Source of the DNA: an uncultured Planctomycetaceae bacterium
GTDB lineage: Bacteria; Planctomycetota; Planctomycetia; Pirellulales; PALSA-1355
DNA length: 64,000 bases
Assembly: GCA_963785305.1 (NCBI GenBank)
Contig: CAWAUV010000008.1
Span: forward strand, 96,001-160,000
Reading direction: 5' to 3'
Positions within the stretch are counted from its first letter, which is position 1; the number at the start of each line of letters is the position of its first letter. Both the position numbers and the translations under genes were made by a program. Below, piece after piece: positions 49,479 to 60,014 of this stretch. Under the pieces are notes generated by a model. The model saw only the letters and a list, made by a program, of their open reading frames with translations. It did not search any database and was not told the DNA's origin.

Positions 49479-49850
49479 GGTTTGCCTCTTAACACGAATG
49501 ATGCAAATTCGGCTTAAATCCGCGTTTCGCAATGTCTTTCAAAGTATCGCGGCCCTGGGCGATACTCAAGCCGTGGCGGCGCGAGGGCGGCTACTCCTGA
49601 TAGCCCGCCACCGGTGCGCGACATGGCGCCGTAATGCATATTCCTCCCAGCCTCCGCGCTAGCGGCGGCCTTGCTGGCACGGGGCGCCCGCGCTTCCCGG
49701 GGCGCCGGCGTTGGAGAACGGCGCCGGTTGTGCCGATAAAGCAAAGGGCGCCGAGAAGGCAGACTTCAACGCGCACTTATTCGATGCGCGTTCGTTTCGC
49801 TTGTGGTATCGCAAGCGCTCGATCGCGCAAAAGGCTGGGGGGCCTGATCG

Positions 49851-50891
49851 ATGCGTTTCTTGCCGCGCGCCGCGCTGATGGCGCACATGCTGCTGGCTGG
49901 CTTCGGGTGTTCACTCATTCCCGATGTCGCGCACCAGCCGACGGTCCACAATCCGTTTCCGCAGCTCTCGAAGGTGGCGGTCGCGCCGTTCTTTAATCTC
50001 AGCGCCGAGCCGACGGTCGATGGCCGGCAATTCGCGCTCGCCTATTTCAATGAGTTGCAGACCATTCCGGGTTATGAGGTCGTTCCGATCGGCACGACCG
50101 AGAAAACCATCGAAGCCTATCGGCTCAAGATCGACAATCCGCAAGATGTGCGGAAGTTGGCGCAAATCCTGGGCGTCGATGCCGTGGTGGTGGGCGCGGT
50201 GACGGACTACACGCCCTTTTACCCACCACGAGTCGCGATGCAGGTCGAATGGTATGCGGCCAATCCGTATTTCCATCCGATTCCCGCGGGCTATGGCTTG
50301 CCGTGGGGCACGCGCGAGGAAGAGATGATTCCGGCGCCGCTGGTGCAGCAAGCGGAGATGGCGCTGGCTCAGGCGCAGATGCGCACTCAGACTCCGCCCT
50401 ACAAACCGTTGCCGATCCCGCCGCCCATGGCGCTGCCGCCCGAGAAGATGCCGCCGGCCGATTCAAACGCGATTCCGGTTCCGGATGGCGAGGGTGATTT
50501 GAGCGAGAAAAAGAAGGGCGATGTGCGGCTGATGAGCGCTACAATCCCGTTGGACGGCGCAACCGGAGAGGGCTTGCCGGAAAATTGGCCCGATCCGCGG
50601 GGCTTCATTCCGCCTGGTCCGAGCGCTTGTCCGCCGGAGCAGATACTCTCGAACGAGCCGGTGCTCAAGCATACCAACGCTTACAACGGCCACGACAGTT
50701 CCGTGACGGAAGCCTTGGCCAGCTATTACTTTTTTCAAGACGATACACGCGCCGGCGACTGGCAATCGTATCTGCGGCGCAGCGACGACTTCATCCGATT
50801 TTGCTGTCACCTGCACATCTACGAGATGCTCAGTGCGCGCGGCGGAGCCGGAGAAACCAGAGTAGTGTGGAGGTGGCACACCGACCGATAA
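49851..50891 (+). CDS. Putative lipoprotein (CsgG/LpoB-like alpha/beta domain)
   Basis: Lipobox-like LLAGFG|C; KVAVAPFFNLS..LAQILGVDAVVVGAVTDY. Confidence 0.65.
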   Translation: MRFLPRAALMAHMLLAGFGCSLIPDVAHQPTVHNPFPQLSKVAVAPFFNLSAEPTVDGRQFALAYFNELQTIPGYEVVPIGTTEKTIEAYRLKIDNPQDVRKLAQILGVDAVVVGAVTDYTPFYPPRVAMQVEWYAANPYFHPIPAGYGLPWGTREEEMIPAPLVQQAEMALAQAQMRTQTPPYKPLPIPPPMALPPEKMPPADSNAIPVPDGEGDLSEKKKGDVRLMSATIPLDGATGEGLPENWPDPRGFIPPGPSACPPEQILSNEPVLKHTNAYNGHDSSVTEALASYYFFQDDTRAGDWQSYLRRSDDFIRFCCHLHIYEMLSARGGAGETRVVWRWHTDR

Positions 50892-50979
50892 CATCCCTGT
50901 CATTTATCCCACCTCGAGTCGCTGCCACGGACCGCTCGGACGACCTCCAAACCGGAGTTGCCCGACGAAGGAGAAAAGC

Positions 50980-51228
50980 GTGAACCAGGACATCAATGTC
51001 TTAGCGTTGGTCAAGGGAACCGAGCGCTACGTGTTTCTATACGACGACGCAAGCCGCGCGGAAACGCTCCGCACCCTGGGTCGCTTCGCCTCGAATCCCG
51101 AGCTCAGTTTCTCCTGGTACGACGCCGCGGTGCTCAGCCAAAAAGTGCGGCAAACCACCCCGCACTCCCCGCCGCGAGCCCGCCGTTTCGATATGACCTC
51201 CCTGCTCGGCAGCGACGAAGTGCTGTAA
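50980..51228 (+). CDS. Small hypothetical protein
   Basis: AAGGAG RBS, GTG start, compact globular 82 aa, 4 bp from xerC. Confidence 0.7.
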   Translation: MNQDINVLALVKGTERYVFLYDDASRAETLRTLGRFASNPELSFSWYDAAVLSQKVRQTTPHSPPRARRFDMTSLLGSDEVL

Positions 51229-51232
51229 TAGC

Positions 51233-52159
51233 GTGATATCGCTGGCAACCGCTATCGATCGCTTTTTGCAATATCTGCGGGTCGAGCGAAACGCTTCCGA
51301 CCTCACGGTCAAAAGCTATCGCGAGGACTTCGCGGGACTCGTCGAATATTTGGTCCAGTCGCTCGGCGACGACGCGGCTCGGGGCGCTCCGCTGGCGCCG
51401 GCCGAAGTCACGACCTTCGAGCTCCGCGGTTATGTCGCCGCGCTGCACGACGCCGGCTATGCCAAGACCACCATCGCTCGCCGGTTGGCCTCGCTGCGCA
51501 GTTTGTTTCGGTTCGGCCAGCGCGAAGGTTGGTCGGAAGCCAACCCGGCCAAGCCGCTCCGCAATCCGCGCAAGAATCGCGACCTGCCCCACTTTCTTTC
51601 CTCGGCCGACGTGCTTCGCTTGCTGGCGGCCCCGCCCGGAGATGAGCCGCTGGGCCTGCGCGACCGCGCTATTTTAGAGACCCTGTATTCGGCCGGCCTC
51701 CGCGTGAGCGAGCTTGTCGGCCTTTCGCTCGGCGATCAAGACTTCGACGCCGAGCTGCTTCGAGTGCGCGGCAAGGGGCGCCGCGAGCGCATGGCCCCGC
51801 TCGGTTCCCACGCCATCGCCGCGCAGCGCGCGTGGCTGGCGGTGCGCGTCGTGTCGCCGAAAGAGCCGTCGGGTCCGCAGTCGCCTGTCTTCGTCAGCCG
51901 CCTTGGCCGAAGACTTACGACTCGGAGCGTGGCGAGGATGCTCGAAAAGCATCTCCGCGCGGCGGGCCTCGATGGCCGCACGACCCCACACACGCTGCGG
52001 CACAGCTTTGCCACGCACCTGCTCGACAACGGGGCCGATATTCGCAGCGTGCAAGAATTGCTCGGCCACAAAAGCCTCAACACCACGCAAATCTACACCC
52101 ATCTAACCACGGCGGCCTTGCGCACCGCTTATGAGCGAGCGCATCCGCGGGCCAAATGA
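51233..52159 (+). CDS. xerC: Tyrosine recombinase XerC
   Basis: [53 protein letters not shown]. Confidence 0.9.
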   Translation: MISLATAIDRFLQYLRVERNASDLTVKSYREDFAGLVEYLVQSLGDDAARGAPLAPAEVTTFELRGYVAALHDAGYAKTTIARRLASLRSLFRFGQREGWSEANPAKPLRNPRKNRDLPHFLSSADVLRLLAAPPGDEPLGLRDRAILETLYSAGLRVSELVGLSLGDQDFDAELLRVRGKGRRERMAPLGSHAIAAQRAWLAVRVVSPKEPSGPQSPVFVSRLGRRLTTRSVARMLEKHLRAAGLDGRTTPHTLRHSFATHLLDNGADIRSVQELLGHKSLNTTQIYTHLTTAALRTAYERAHPRAK

Positions 52160-52197
52160 ACACGATTTGCCGGTGACGAACACGGAGCCCGCTCTCT

Positions 52198-53774
52198 TTA
52201 ACGGCGCCGCAAAACGAGCGTGGCCCAAGCGCCGGACACGCGAGCGGCGAGCTGCTGGCCGATAAACTCGGCTTGCCCAGCAAATGGCCGACCCTGGTTG
52301 CTCTCCAGCGACGCAATCGCGATCGCCGAGAAATCGGCTCCGCGCCGCGCTGCCGGGCCCGACCACACAATCAGCGAATCGCCCATGCGAAAACGAAGCG
52401 TTTGCGCGAGCGCGATCGTCGTCTCGTCGCTCGCGAGCGCGGGCTCGTCCGACATCCAGCAGCGAGCGTTTGGGGTTCGGCCGGCCGCGACAAAGGCGAG
52501 CCCCACATTGCCGACGAGCGCGCCGCGGAGCAGTCCGTGATGGGTGTCGAGTTTCAGATACGCGAGGCCGCCGCGGGCATCGCCGGCGTCGAGCGCCGAA
52601 GCGCGGCGTTGGCGCGGCGGATCACGTCGTCGGGTAGCGCGTCGCAACTCGACGCGGCACGGGCCGCGCTGCGCAACGCGGCTTCGACCGCTTGCGCGGC
52701 GTGGCCCTGGGCACGGCCAGCGGTGAACGCCATGTGATCGCTCGACACGGCGAACCAGTCGATCCAGGCCGCGGCGTCGGAAGTCACGCTCGGCAATTGC
52801 CAAGCAGCGGCTTCCCAGCCGTCGAGCAACAGCGGCGGCAGCCGATGCGATGGCGCGGCCGCGGCCGCGGCCGGTGGAGCGGCGTGCGTCTCCGCGCTGG
52901 CCGGCGCCGCGCTGGCTTCTTCCGTTTCGCGAGCGCGAAGGCGCTCGACTTCGCCGAGCAGCATTTCACGTTCGAGATCCGCGGCCACGCGTCCTGCGAC
53001 CACTTCGAGCAGATTGGTTTCTTCGCTGGAAAAATCGCGTTGCTCGCTCGAAAACACCCAGAGCGTGCCGAGCGGATTCGTGGGCGACGACACCGGCACG
53101 CAAGCCGCGGCCGCGCATGGCTGGGGCACCTTCCAGAACTCAAAGAGCCGCTGGTCGTTGATCACAACCGCGTGTCCGAGCAGCGCTTCGAGATCGGCCG
53201 CGGCGCCACGCAGCGCCCGGGCAGGCTCGAGCAGCGCACGGCGCGGCATTCCCCAGCTTGCTCGGAGCTTGAGCTGCGACGTGCCTTCGTCGAGCAAGTA
53301 CAATGCGGCCGACTGGCAGCGAACGCCCTCGGCGCCGGCGCCGAGGGCGGCTTCGAGCCGCTCGGCCAAATGCGTGGTTTCGTCAGTCCGCTTCGAGACC
53401 GGCACTCCCGCCGCGAGCTCGGCTTCCGCTCGCCACAGGGCTTCGCGAGTCGCCAGCAATTCGCCCCAGAGCTCGCCGAGCGCCGTGGCCATGACTTTGC
53501 TCTTGGCTAGGCTCACGCGAGTCGAAGATTCCTCGCCTTCGCGCGACTCGATTCGAATATGGCCGAGAGTGGCTCCCTTGCCCGGCGAGACCGGGGCGGA
53601 CCATTTCGAATGCGAGTCGGGCTTGACGTTACCCGCGCCAAAGGCAAGATTCCAACCGGTGCAGGTGGTAAAGGCTTCGCGGCAGGAGTTCCACAGGGCC
53701 AGATCATCGTCGACCGGAGCGGGGGAATCGCCTTCGGAAAGTAGTCGCAGATAGGCGGGAATCGACTTGTTCAC
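52198..53774 (-). CDS. GAF domain + degenerate SpoIIE/PP2C-like protein (frameshift near 52605)
   Basis: AALYLLDEGTSQLKLRASWG..CVPVSSPTNPLGTLWVF..RDFS..LLEVVAGRVAADLERE; C-terminal region follows the SpoIIE layout. Confidence 0.7.
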
Positions 53775-54185
53775 GGCGGCGCCTGAGTCCGGAAGAGGGG
53801 CGAAGCGATGATGACCTTCCTTGAACGCAAACCTGCCCGAGCCGCATGCGACCCGTCCGACGACCACGCCCCGGCAAAGGCGCCGCCGCCGAAAATCTTC
53901 CTTGATCGGCAGAGTTACCATCGACCGACGACTTGCTTGGCTTGACCGAGGTGTGAAAAAATGCCGAAGATGCGGGAGATGCGGCGCGCTCGCCGGTCCG
54001 ATCGCGATTGCGCGCGGTGAAACACCCTCGCGGCGATCGAGGCCGTAGCGAGTGGCTTCGCATCGTATCGTGTGTCGCTCAAGAACCCAAATGATTTCAA
54101 GCCCGGTCGCGCCGTGCTCGGGGAGAACTTTCGTGATTGAAACTTCGGGCGAGGCCCGTTCGTCGCCCCCGCCGCGGGCCGGCCA

Positions 54186-55037
54186 TTGGCGCTGCGCACA
54201 CGAATGCTGTTTTTTCCGCGGCGACCGCTTGTGATGGGTATTCTCAATGTGACGCCCGATAGCTTTTCCGACGGCGGCCGCTTTCACGGCGTTGCTCAAG
54301 CGATCGAGCAGGCGCGAGCGCTCACTGAGGCCGGGGCCGACATCCTGGATATCGGCGGCGAGAGCACGCGTCCCGGGAGCGAGCCGGTGTCGGCCGAGGA
54401 AGAAATGCGGCGAGTCGCGCCGGTGATCGAATCGCTGGGGCCCGACTGGCCGACGCCGATCTCGATCGACACTTCGAAGGCGAGCGTCGCCCGCGCCGCG
54501 CTCGCCGCCGGCGCCGAGATCATCAACGACGTGACCGGACTCGAAGGCGACCCGGCGATGCTCGAGCTCGCGCGCGACTCGGGCGCGGGAGTTTGTGCCA
54601 TGCACATGCGCGGCAAGCCCCGCACCATGCAAGACGACCCGCGCTACGACGATGTGGCGCGCGAAGTAATCGCGTATCTGGCCGCGCGGCGCGCGGCGCT
54701 CATTGCCGCCGGCATTGCCGCCGATCGGGTGGTGCTCGATCCCGGAATCGGCTTTGGCAAGACCCATGAGCACAACCTGGCGCTCTTGGCCGCCTGCCAC
54801 CATCTGCACAAGCTCGGTTCGCCGATTGTGGTCGGACATTCGCGCAAAGGGTTCATCTCGCATGTGCTGAAGAGTAAGACGACCGATCGATTGGCCGGCG
54901 GCTTGGGCGTGTCGCTGGCGCTGGCCGTGCAAGGAGTGCAGGTGGTGCGAGTACACGATGTCGCCGAGACGCGCCAGGCATTCGAACTCTTCGAGGCTGC
55001 CGGTGGTTTTAGAAGCGCCAGCCAGGGGACCGCATGA
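54186..55037 (+). CDS. folP: Dihydropteroate synthase
   Basis: MGILNVTPDSFSDGG, DIGGESTRPG, SIDT, INDV, DPGIGFGK, GHSRK, RVHDV; exact start uncertain. Confidence 0.97.
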   Translation: MALRTRMLFFPRRPLVMGILNVTPDSFSDGGRFHGVAQAIEQARALTEAGADILDIGGESTRPGSEPVSAEEEMRRVAPVIESLGPDWPTPISIDTSKASVARAALAAGAEIINDVTGLEGDPAMLELARDSGAGVCAMHMRGKPRTMQDDPRYDDVAREVIAYLAARRAALIAAGIAADRVVLDPGIGFGKTHEHNLALLAACHHLHKLGSPIVVGHSRKGFISHVLKSKTTDRLAGGLGVSLALAVQGVQVVRVHDVAETRQAFELFEAAGGFRSASQGTA

Positions 55038-55248
55038 CGGCCGGCCTTGGGCGGACAGGCTAAACCGGCAAAAATGCCTGCCTGGATTACGATTTCGTTG
55101 GTTTCGCGGAATCGCAGCATCCCCGCGGTGGCGGCGGGGTTAAAGCATTTGTCGCGGCGGTTCCAGCAAAAACGACGATGCGATCCGCTTCCACCGCCGG
55201 GGCGGACCGAACTGCGAATTTCTTGGAGTGCTTGGGCATGGCTCGTGA

Positions 55249-55775
55249 ATGTATACCCGTGGGCGCGCAATGCGGCTGCTTATCGCGGTCGCTGGGCTGC
55301 TGGCGGCATCGACCGCCGAGGCAGCCAAGGGGGTGAAGAAGGTGGCCGGCGCCGGTGGGCAACAGACGCACACCGGCGAGATCGTGAGCGTGTCGCACAA
55401 AAACGGCGTCGGCACGTTTCATTTGCGGCTTGCGCGAAATCACAAGAAACTCGGCCAAGCCGCCGGCGCGGGCGCGGCGGACGCAGCGAGGAATTTCATG
55501 TCACCGGCGCCACCCGATTCACCGGCGGTCAGGGCGGCGGCGCCTTCGGCTTGGCCTCGCTCCATCGCGGAGAACGAGTGCAGGTGCGGGCCGTCAATCA
55601 TCAGGCCGAAACCGTGCATCTCCTCGGGCACCACAATTCCACCGGCCGGTATCACCACCACTATCGCCGCGGTTCATACAACCGCTACCACCGCGCCGGC
55701 TATATTCAGCATCACTCGGCCAAGCATAGTGTGAGCCATCATCGTGGTTCGCATCATCATGGGCACAAGAAATAA
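55249..55775 (+). CDS. Secreted His-rich hypothetical protein (frameshift near 55480)
   Basis: Signal peptide MRLLIAVAGLLAASTAEA; small beta domain (EEFHVTGATRF..LHRGERVQV); His/Tyr/Arg-rich tail. Confidence 0.55.
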
Positions 55776-55817
55776 GGCCAGCGCGACGAGCGCTTCTCTT
55801 GGAGGAGATTTCACATC

Positions 55818-56810
55818 ATGGCGGGCATGGCAGCGTGGATCGTGGTTTGTGTCGCGGCAATCGGCGCCGACGTGGTCAAGGACATGTCGCGACTGTCGAT
55901 TCGCGGCCATACCGATGTGGTCAATGCCGTGGCGTTCTCGCCCGACGGGTATCATTTGGCTTCGGCCAGCGATGACGACACGGTAAGAATCGTCGACCCG
56001 TCCAATGGCAAGTTGACGCAGCGACTGCTCGGACACGCCGACTCGGTGCTCGGAGTCGTTTATTCGCCCGATGGCGCGAAGATCGCCACCGCCAGCGCCG
56101 ATGCGACGGCAAAGGTCTGGAACGTGGCCGATGGCAAACTGCTTGGCACACTCTCGGGCCACGGCGATTCCGTGAACAGTGTCGCGTTTTCGCCCGACGG
56201 CAAGCTTTTGGCCACCGGCAGCGACGACGATCTCGTCAAGCTCTGGGACACGGAAACATTCAAGGAGGTCGCCTCGCTCAAGGGGCACGCCGACTCGGTG
56301 AATGGAGTCGCGTTTTCGCCCGACGGAGCGTTTCTGGTTTCGGGTGGATCGGACAATGCGGTTCGGCTCTGGAATGTTGCGCGGAAGCAGCCGATTTGGA
56401 CCGTGAGCGCTCATGCCGACACGGTCAACGCGGTGGCGTTTTCGCCCGATGGCGAGCAGGTCGCCTCGGCCAGCCAAGACGAAACAGTGAAAATCTGGAA
56501 CACGGCCGATGGCGACGCGGTCGCCACGCTCGAAGGGCATGACAGCCCGGTGAACACGGTCGCCTACAACCACGAAGGCAATCTCTTGGCCACGGGCAGC
56601 GATGACCACACCATCAAGATTTGGGACCTCGACGAAGCCAAGGAATTGGCGACGCTCGAGGGACACACCGAACTTGTGAGCGAAGTGACATTCTCGCCCG
56701 ACGATGCTCTCATCGCCAGCAGCAGCGACGACCAGACAGTGAAGATTTGGAAAACTCCCAAGGCGCCGAGCAGCACGCCAGCGCCCAAGCGAACGACGGT
56801 TCCAAGGTGA
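55818..56810 (+). CDS. WD40 repeat (7-bladed) protein
   Basis: Seven GH..V..VAFSPDG..LAS.S.D..VK.W repeats; GGAGGAG RBS. Confidence 0.95.
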   Translation: MAGMAAWIVVCVAAIGADVVKDMSRLSIRGHTDVVNAVAFSPDGYHLASASDDDTVRIVDPSNGKLTQRLLGHADSVLGVVYSPDGAKIATASADATAKVWNVADGKLLGTLSGHGDSVNSVAFSPDGKLLATGSDDDLVKLWDTETFKEVASLKGHADSVNGVAFSPDGAFLVSGGSDNAVRLWNVARKQPIWTVSAHADTVNAVAFSPDGEQVASASQDETVKIWNTADGDAVATLEGHDSPVNTVAYNHEGNLLATGSDDHTIKIWDLDEAKELATLEGHTELVSEVTFSPDDALIASSSDDQTVKIWKTPKAPSSTPAPKRTTVPR

Positions 56811-56945
56811 AAGACGCCGCGAAGAAGAAATCGAGCGGTTCGCGGTCCGGCTCGAAATAGCGGCCAGATGCTTTGGAATCGTCGAACGCCGCGGTTTCAG
56901 CCGGGGCGAGCGTGAATTGCTCTCGGTCGCGCGGCGTCTCTAGGA

Positions 56946-57022
56946 GCACTATCCGACAACTCCCCGCTCTCCCTTTGGGAGCGGGTAGGGCGAGGGCGCT
57001 CGCCGAAGTTCTCGGATAGGCT
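56946..57022. repeat. REP/MITE-like palindromic element, copy 2
   Basis: ctatccgacaact..ccgctctccctttgggagcggg..gctcgccgaagttctcggataggct; colinear with 21897-21971. Confidence 0.75.
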
Positions 57023-57322
57023 GAAAGAATTGCGGCATGAACGAGCCCCTGCCCTGCCCTTTGATCCGAGCGCCAGGCGGCGGTTGGCCTTGAAGGTAGT
57101 GCGCGGGGACCGGTTCCCCGCCTTGCCGACCCTCGATGTCGCTCCGCCGCGCGCGTGGCCGAGTGCCATCGACTTCATCAGCCGCGAACGCCGAGTCGGC
57201 GATATTCCACCCCACGCTGAACCAAAACAGGTGGAGGCCGGACGCTGGCCCCGTCCGTTCAGTTCGGGGCTTTTCCGGGAGGAATCGACTCCGATGGCTT
57301 GACTGGCGTGGTATTCGGCTTG

Positions 57323-57982
57323 TCACTTCCTTGATCCCGCGCAGTCCTCCGATTCTACTGGCGAAACAATGGGCGGCGGGCAGGGAATGGTCTGGTGGAA
57401 ATGTCCACCAGCGCGGCTGATTTGGATGTCGTCGATCAGATCGGGAGACCGGGGTTCGCCAATTCGAGGAGCGCCGTAGGGAACAAGACCGTTGCCGCCC
57501 ATGTTCCAGAAAGTGGTGTCGTCGTTCACGACCGAAGTAAAGCCGTCATAGTTGAGCGGAGTCGTTCCAGGCTCATCGGGCAGGGGGGCATTGGGCCCAG
57601 GACCCGCTCCCCAGCCATCGCAGCCATAGGGCCGGGGCGGCGGATTCGAGTGCCGATGCGGAGAGTAACCCGTATAGTATGGGGTGTAATAAGGCAGGAG
57701 CGGGTAGTTAGCCCAGGGCTTCCAACGAGTCGTCGATATCACCGGCGAAAGCGGCGCGTAGTAAGGGATGTACCCTTGGTTCAAGCGAGGACAATGGTGG
57801 TCGGTTTGGGCGGGATCGACTCCCGGCGGGTGAACGCCGTAAGCCTCGACCGGGGTGAGAATCGCCGGTCCGCGGCCGGCCGCTCCCTTGCCGCCGTTCG
57901 AATATTCTTGGGCAGACGCCGACAGCGACATCATCGCGGCCAAGGCCGCTGAACCCATAAGGCAGGAAAGATGGTAGTTCAT
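57323..57982 (-). CDS. Secreted Pro/Tyr/Gly-rich hypothetical protein
   Basis: Signal peptide ending SASA|QE; GAGGA RBS; 71 bp downstream of the last TolC gene. Confidence 0.65.
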   Translation of the reverse strand: MNYHLSCLMGSAALAAMMSLSASAQEYSNGGKGAAGRGPAILTPVEAYGVHPPGVDPAQTDHHCPRLNQGYIPYYAPLSPVISTTRWKPWANYPLLPYYTPYYTGYSPHRHSNPPPRPYGCDGWGAGPGPNAPLPDEPGTTPLNYDGFTSVVNDDTTFWNMGGNGLVPYGAPRIGEPRSPDLIDDIQISRAGGHFHQTIPCPPPIVSPVESEDCAGSRK

Positions 57983-58053
57983 CGAAGGATCCTCGTTTGG
58001 TTTGGTCGCGCGGCCCTCGACCTGCCGCGAACACGCGAAATGCAAATGCTGTA

Positions 58054-59886
58054 CTAACGCGTTGCCGGCGGCGCCCCAACGCCCACTGGCGGCAGATAGC
58101 TGGGCCGCTCGGTATTGACCGGCAAGACCGGGCCAGTTCGCCCCGTCAACGCGATTTCGCGAGCTGGGTAGCCCAGTTCGTGAAACATCGCGAACTGGGC
58201 CGTGTTGTAATCGGCGACGCTGTCGACGTAATGTCCGTAGCCTCGCATTAACAACTGCAACGCGAAGACCACTTCCTGGGGGCGAAAAACCTGGATCAAG
58301 ACATTGCCAAAGCGGTGGGTTTGCTCCAATCCCTCCACGTTGCCATTGTAGTTGATTAGGGCCGACTTCACCTCGCGTTCGGCCTGCACGACCCGGGCCG
58401 CCGCCGACTGTAGGTCGGCCTGGGTCCGCGTCACGCCCCCCGCGATCGAATCCTGGGCATGAAACAGTTCGACCATCGCCTGCGACGTCATTCCACGCGC
58501 CTCCTTGATCTGGGCCAGGTTTCTGAGTCCCATGCCATCGGCCGTGGTCATAAGCTGAGGGCTGATGTCGTCGCGGGGGCTCCACTGGTTGACTTTGCCG
58601 CCATTGCCGATGCCGACGGCGCCCGCTTGGATCAATTCGTAAGGCGTCTGGAGGCCGTTTATATACGCCGCGGGAATCAACGCGCGGAGCTTTTCTTGAC
58701 GAATCGACACCAACATCGCTTGCACGACCGCCTGATGCGAAGCCAACTCGGGACGATTGGTCAGCGCGATGGGGATCAACTCATCGAGCGAACGACCGGG
58801 CGCGAACAATGTAAGCTGCAAATGGTCGTGCTCGAGTGGCTCGACGACGGCGCGCGGGTCGAGACGCAACACGCGCGTGAGCTCGGCGCTGGCGACGCGC
58901 CAGTTCTGGCGGGCGGTGACCGCCTCTTGCTCCAGGTCGGCCAGCAGATTGCGCGCCCGGTCGATCTCGACTCTCGGAACCAAGTCGGTCTTGAGCGACG
59001 CGATCTTCGTCACCAGTTGGCGGCCTCGCTGGACGGCGTCGATCGCCACCGCGTATCGCCCGCGATAGCGATGCACCGCGAAGTATGCCCTGGCGGTCAT
59101 GAATAAGGCGTCGTTCTTGGCGCCCTGAATGTCCCAGCGCGAGGAGTTGAGCAACTGCCGGTCGTGCAGCGGCTGGAAAATTATATCGGAGGTGAATTGA
59201 AACTGCGGCGAGGGGAGCAACGGCTCGCCCGGGTTGGGCTGGTAGAAATAGTTGGGACCGATGGGCGCCAACGTGAAGCCGGCGCCGCCGTAAAACATAT
59301 TGATATTCTGGCTAAGCGGCTTGCCGAAGCTGCCTGGCGAGGGTTGCCCAAGGGCATTGGTTCCCGCCGGAACATTGGCGCCGCGGTTGATATCCGGCCC
59401 ATAGCCATCGTGGCGCACGTAATCGGCGCCGATGTTCAGCGTTGGAACCCAGAGCAACTTGGATTTTTGCAGCGTCGCCTCGGCGACCCACACATTGGCG
59501 TCGGCGGCGTTCACGATCATCGGCCGCGCGTCCGAGAGCCGCAGGGCGGTGGCCAAGTTGATGGGAAAGCGCATGTCGCCCGGCTCGGGCGGAGGCGGCC
59601 GCATGTCGAGCACTTCACCGCCCGGAACGGCCGGCTCCTCGAGAGGAGATTTTTGGCTGGGCGGGCCCGGTGGCTTGTCGCCTCGGGCGGGAAACTGGAC
59701 CAAGGGCGAGGCTTTCGGCGTCGCCGCATCGTTCGCCGGCCGCGGCGCGCTCGGCCCGCTCATCACGCGGCCGCCGTCCGCGGGCAAAGGCCGCGGTTGT
59801 TGGCCCTGGCACGCCCAAGGACACGACCCGACAAGGATCGCGCTAGCACCGACGATCAACAAGTGGCGCGTTTGTCGCATGGACAT
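58054..59886 (-). CDS. TolC/OEP family outer membrane protein, paralog 3
   Basis: INLATALRL, WVPTLNIG, ARAYFAV, ALTNRPEL, heptad helices, YNTAQFAMFHELG. Confidence 0.85.
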   Translation of the reverse strand: MSMRQTRHLLIVGASAILVGSCPWACQGQQPRPLPADGGRVMSGPSAPRPANDAATPKASPLVQFPARGDKPPGPPSQKSPLEEPAVPGGEVLDMRPPPPEPGDMRFPINLATALRLSDARPMIVNAADANVWVAEATLQKSKLLWVPTLNIGADYVRHDGYGPDINRGANVPAGTNALGQPSPGSFGKPLSQNINMFYGGAGFTLAPIGPNYFYQPNPGEPLLPSPQFQFTSDIIFQPLHDRQLLNSSRWDIQGAKNDALFMTARAYFAVHRYRGRYAVAIDAVQRGRQLVTKIASLKTDLVPRVEIDRARNLLADLEQEAVTARQNWRVASAELTRVLRLDPRAVVEPLEHDHLQLTLFAPGRSLDELIPIALTNRPELASHQAVVQAMLVSIRQEKLRALIPAAYINGLQTPYELIQAGAVGIGNGGKVNQWSPRDDISPQLMTTADGMGLRNLAQIKEARGMTSQAMVELFHAQDSIAGGVTRTQADLQSAAARVVQAEREVKSALINYNGNVEGLEQTHRFGNVLIQVFRPQEVVFALQLLMRGYGHYVDSVADYNTAQFAMFHELGYPAREIALTGRTGPVLPVNTERPSYLPPVGVGAPPATR

Positions 59887-60014
59887 GGTTCCTTCCATTG
59901 CTCGGGCATCGCCCAGCTCAAAATGTATTCGGCGCCCGTGTTTGTCGACCTTTAGGGCGCCGACGGCGACGGTGTCTCGAACCGCCGCGCCCTTGAACCA
60001 CAGCACCCGTTAAC

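Noticed and set aside
51233..52159. Prophage or island integrase
   Set aside because: Typical XerC length and HPRA ending; no phage genes, tRNA or att repeats nearby.
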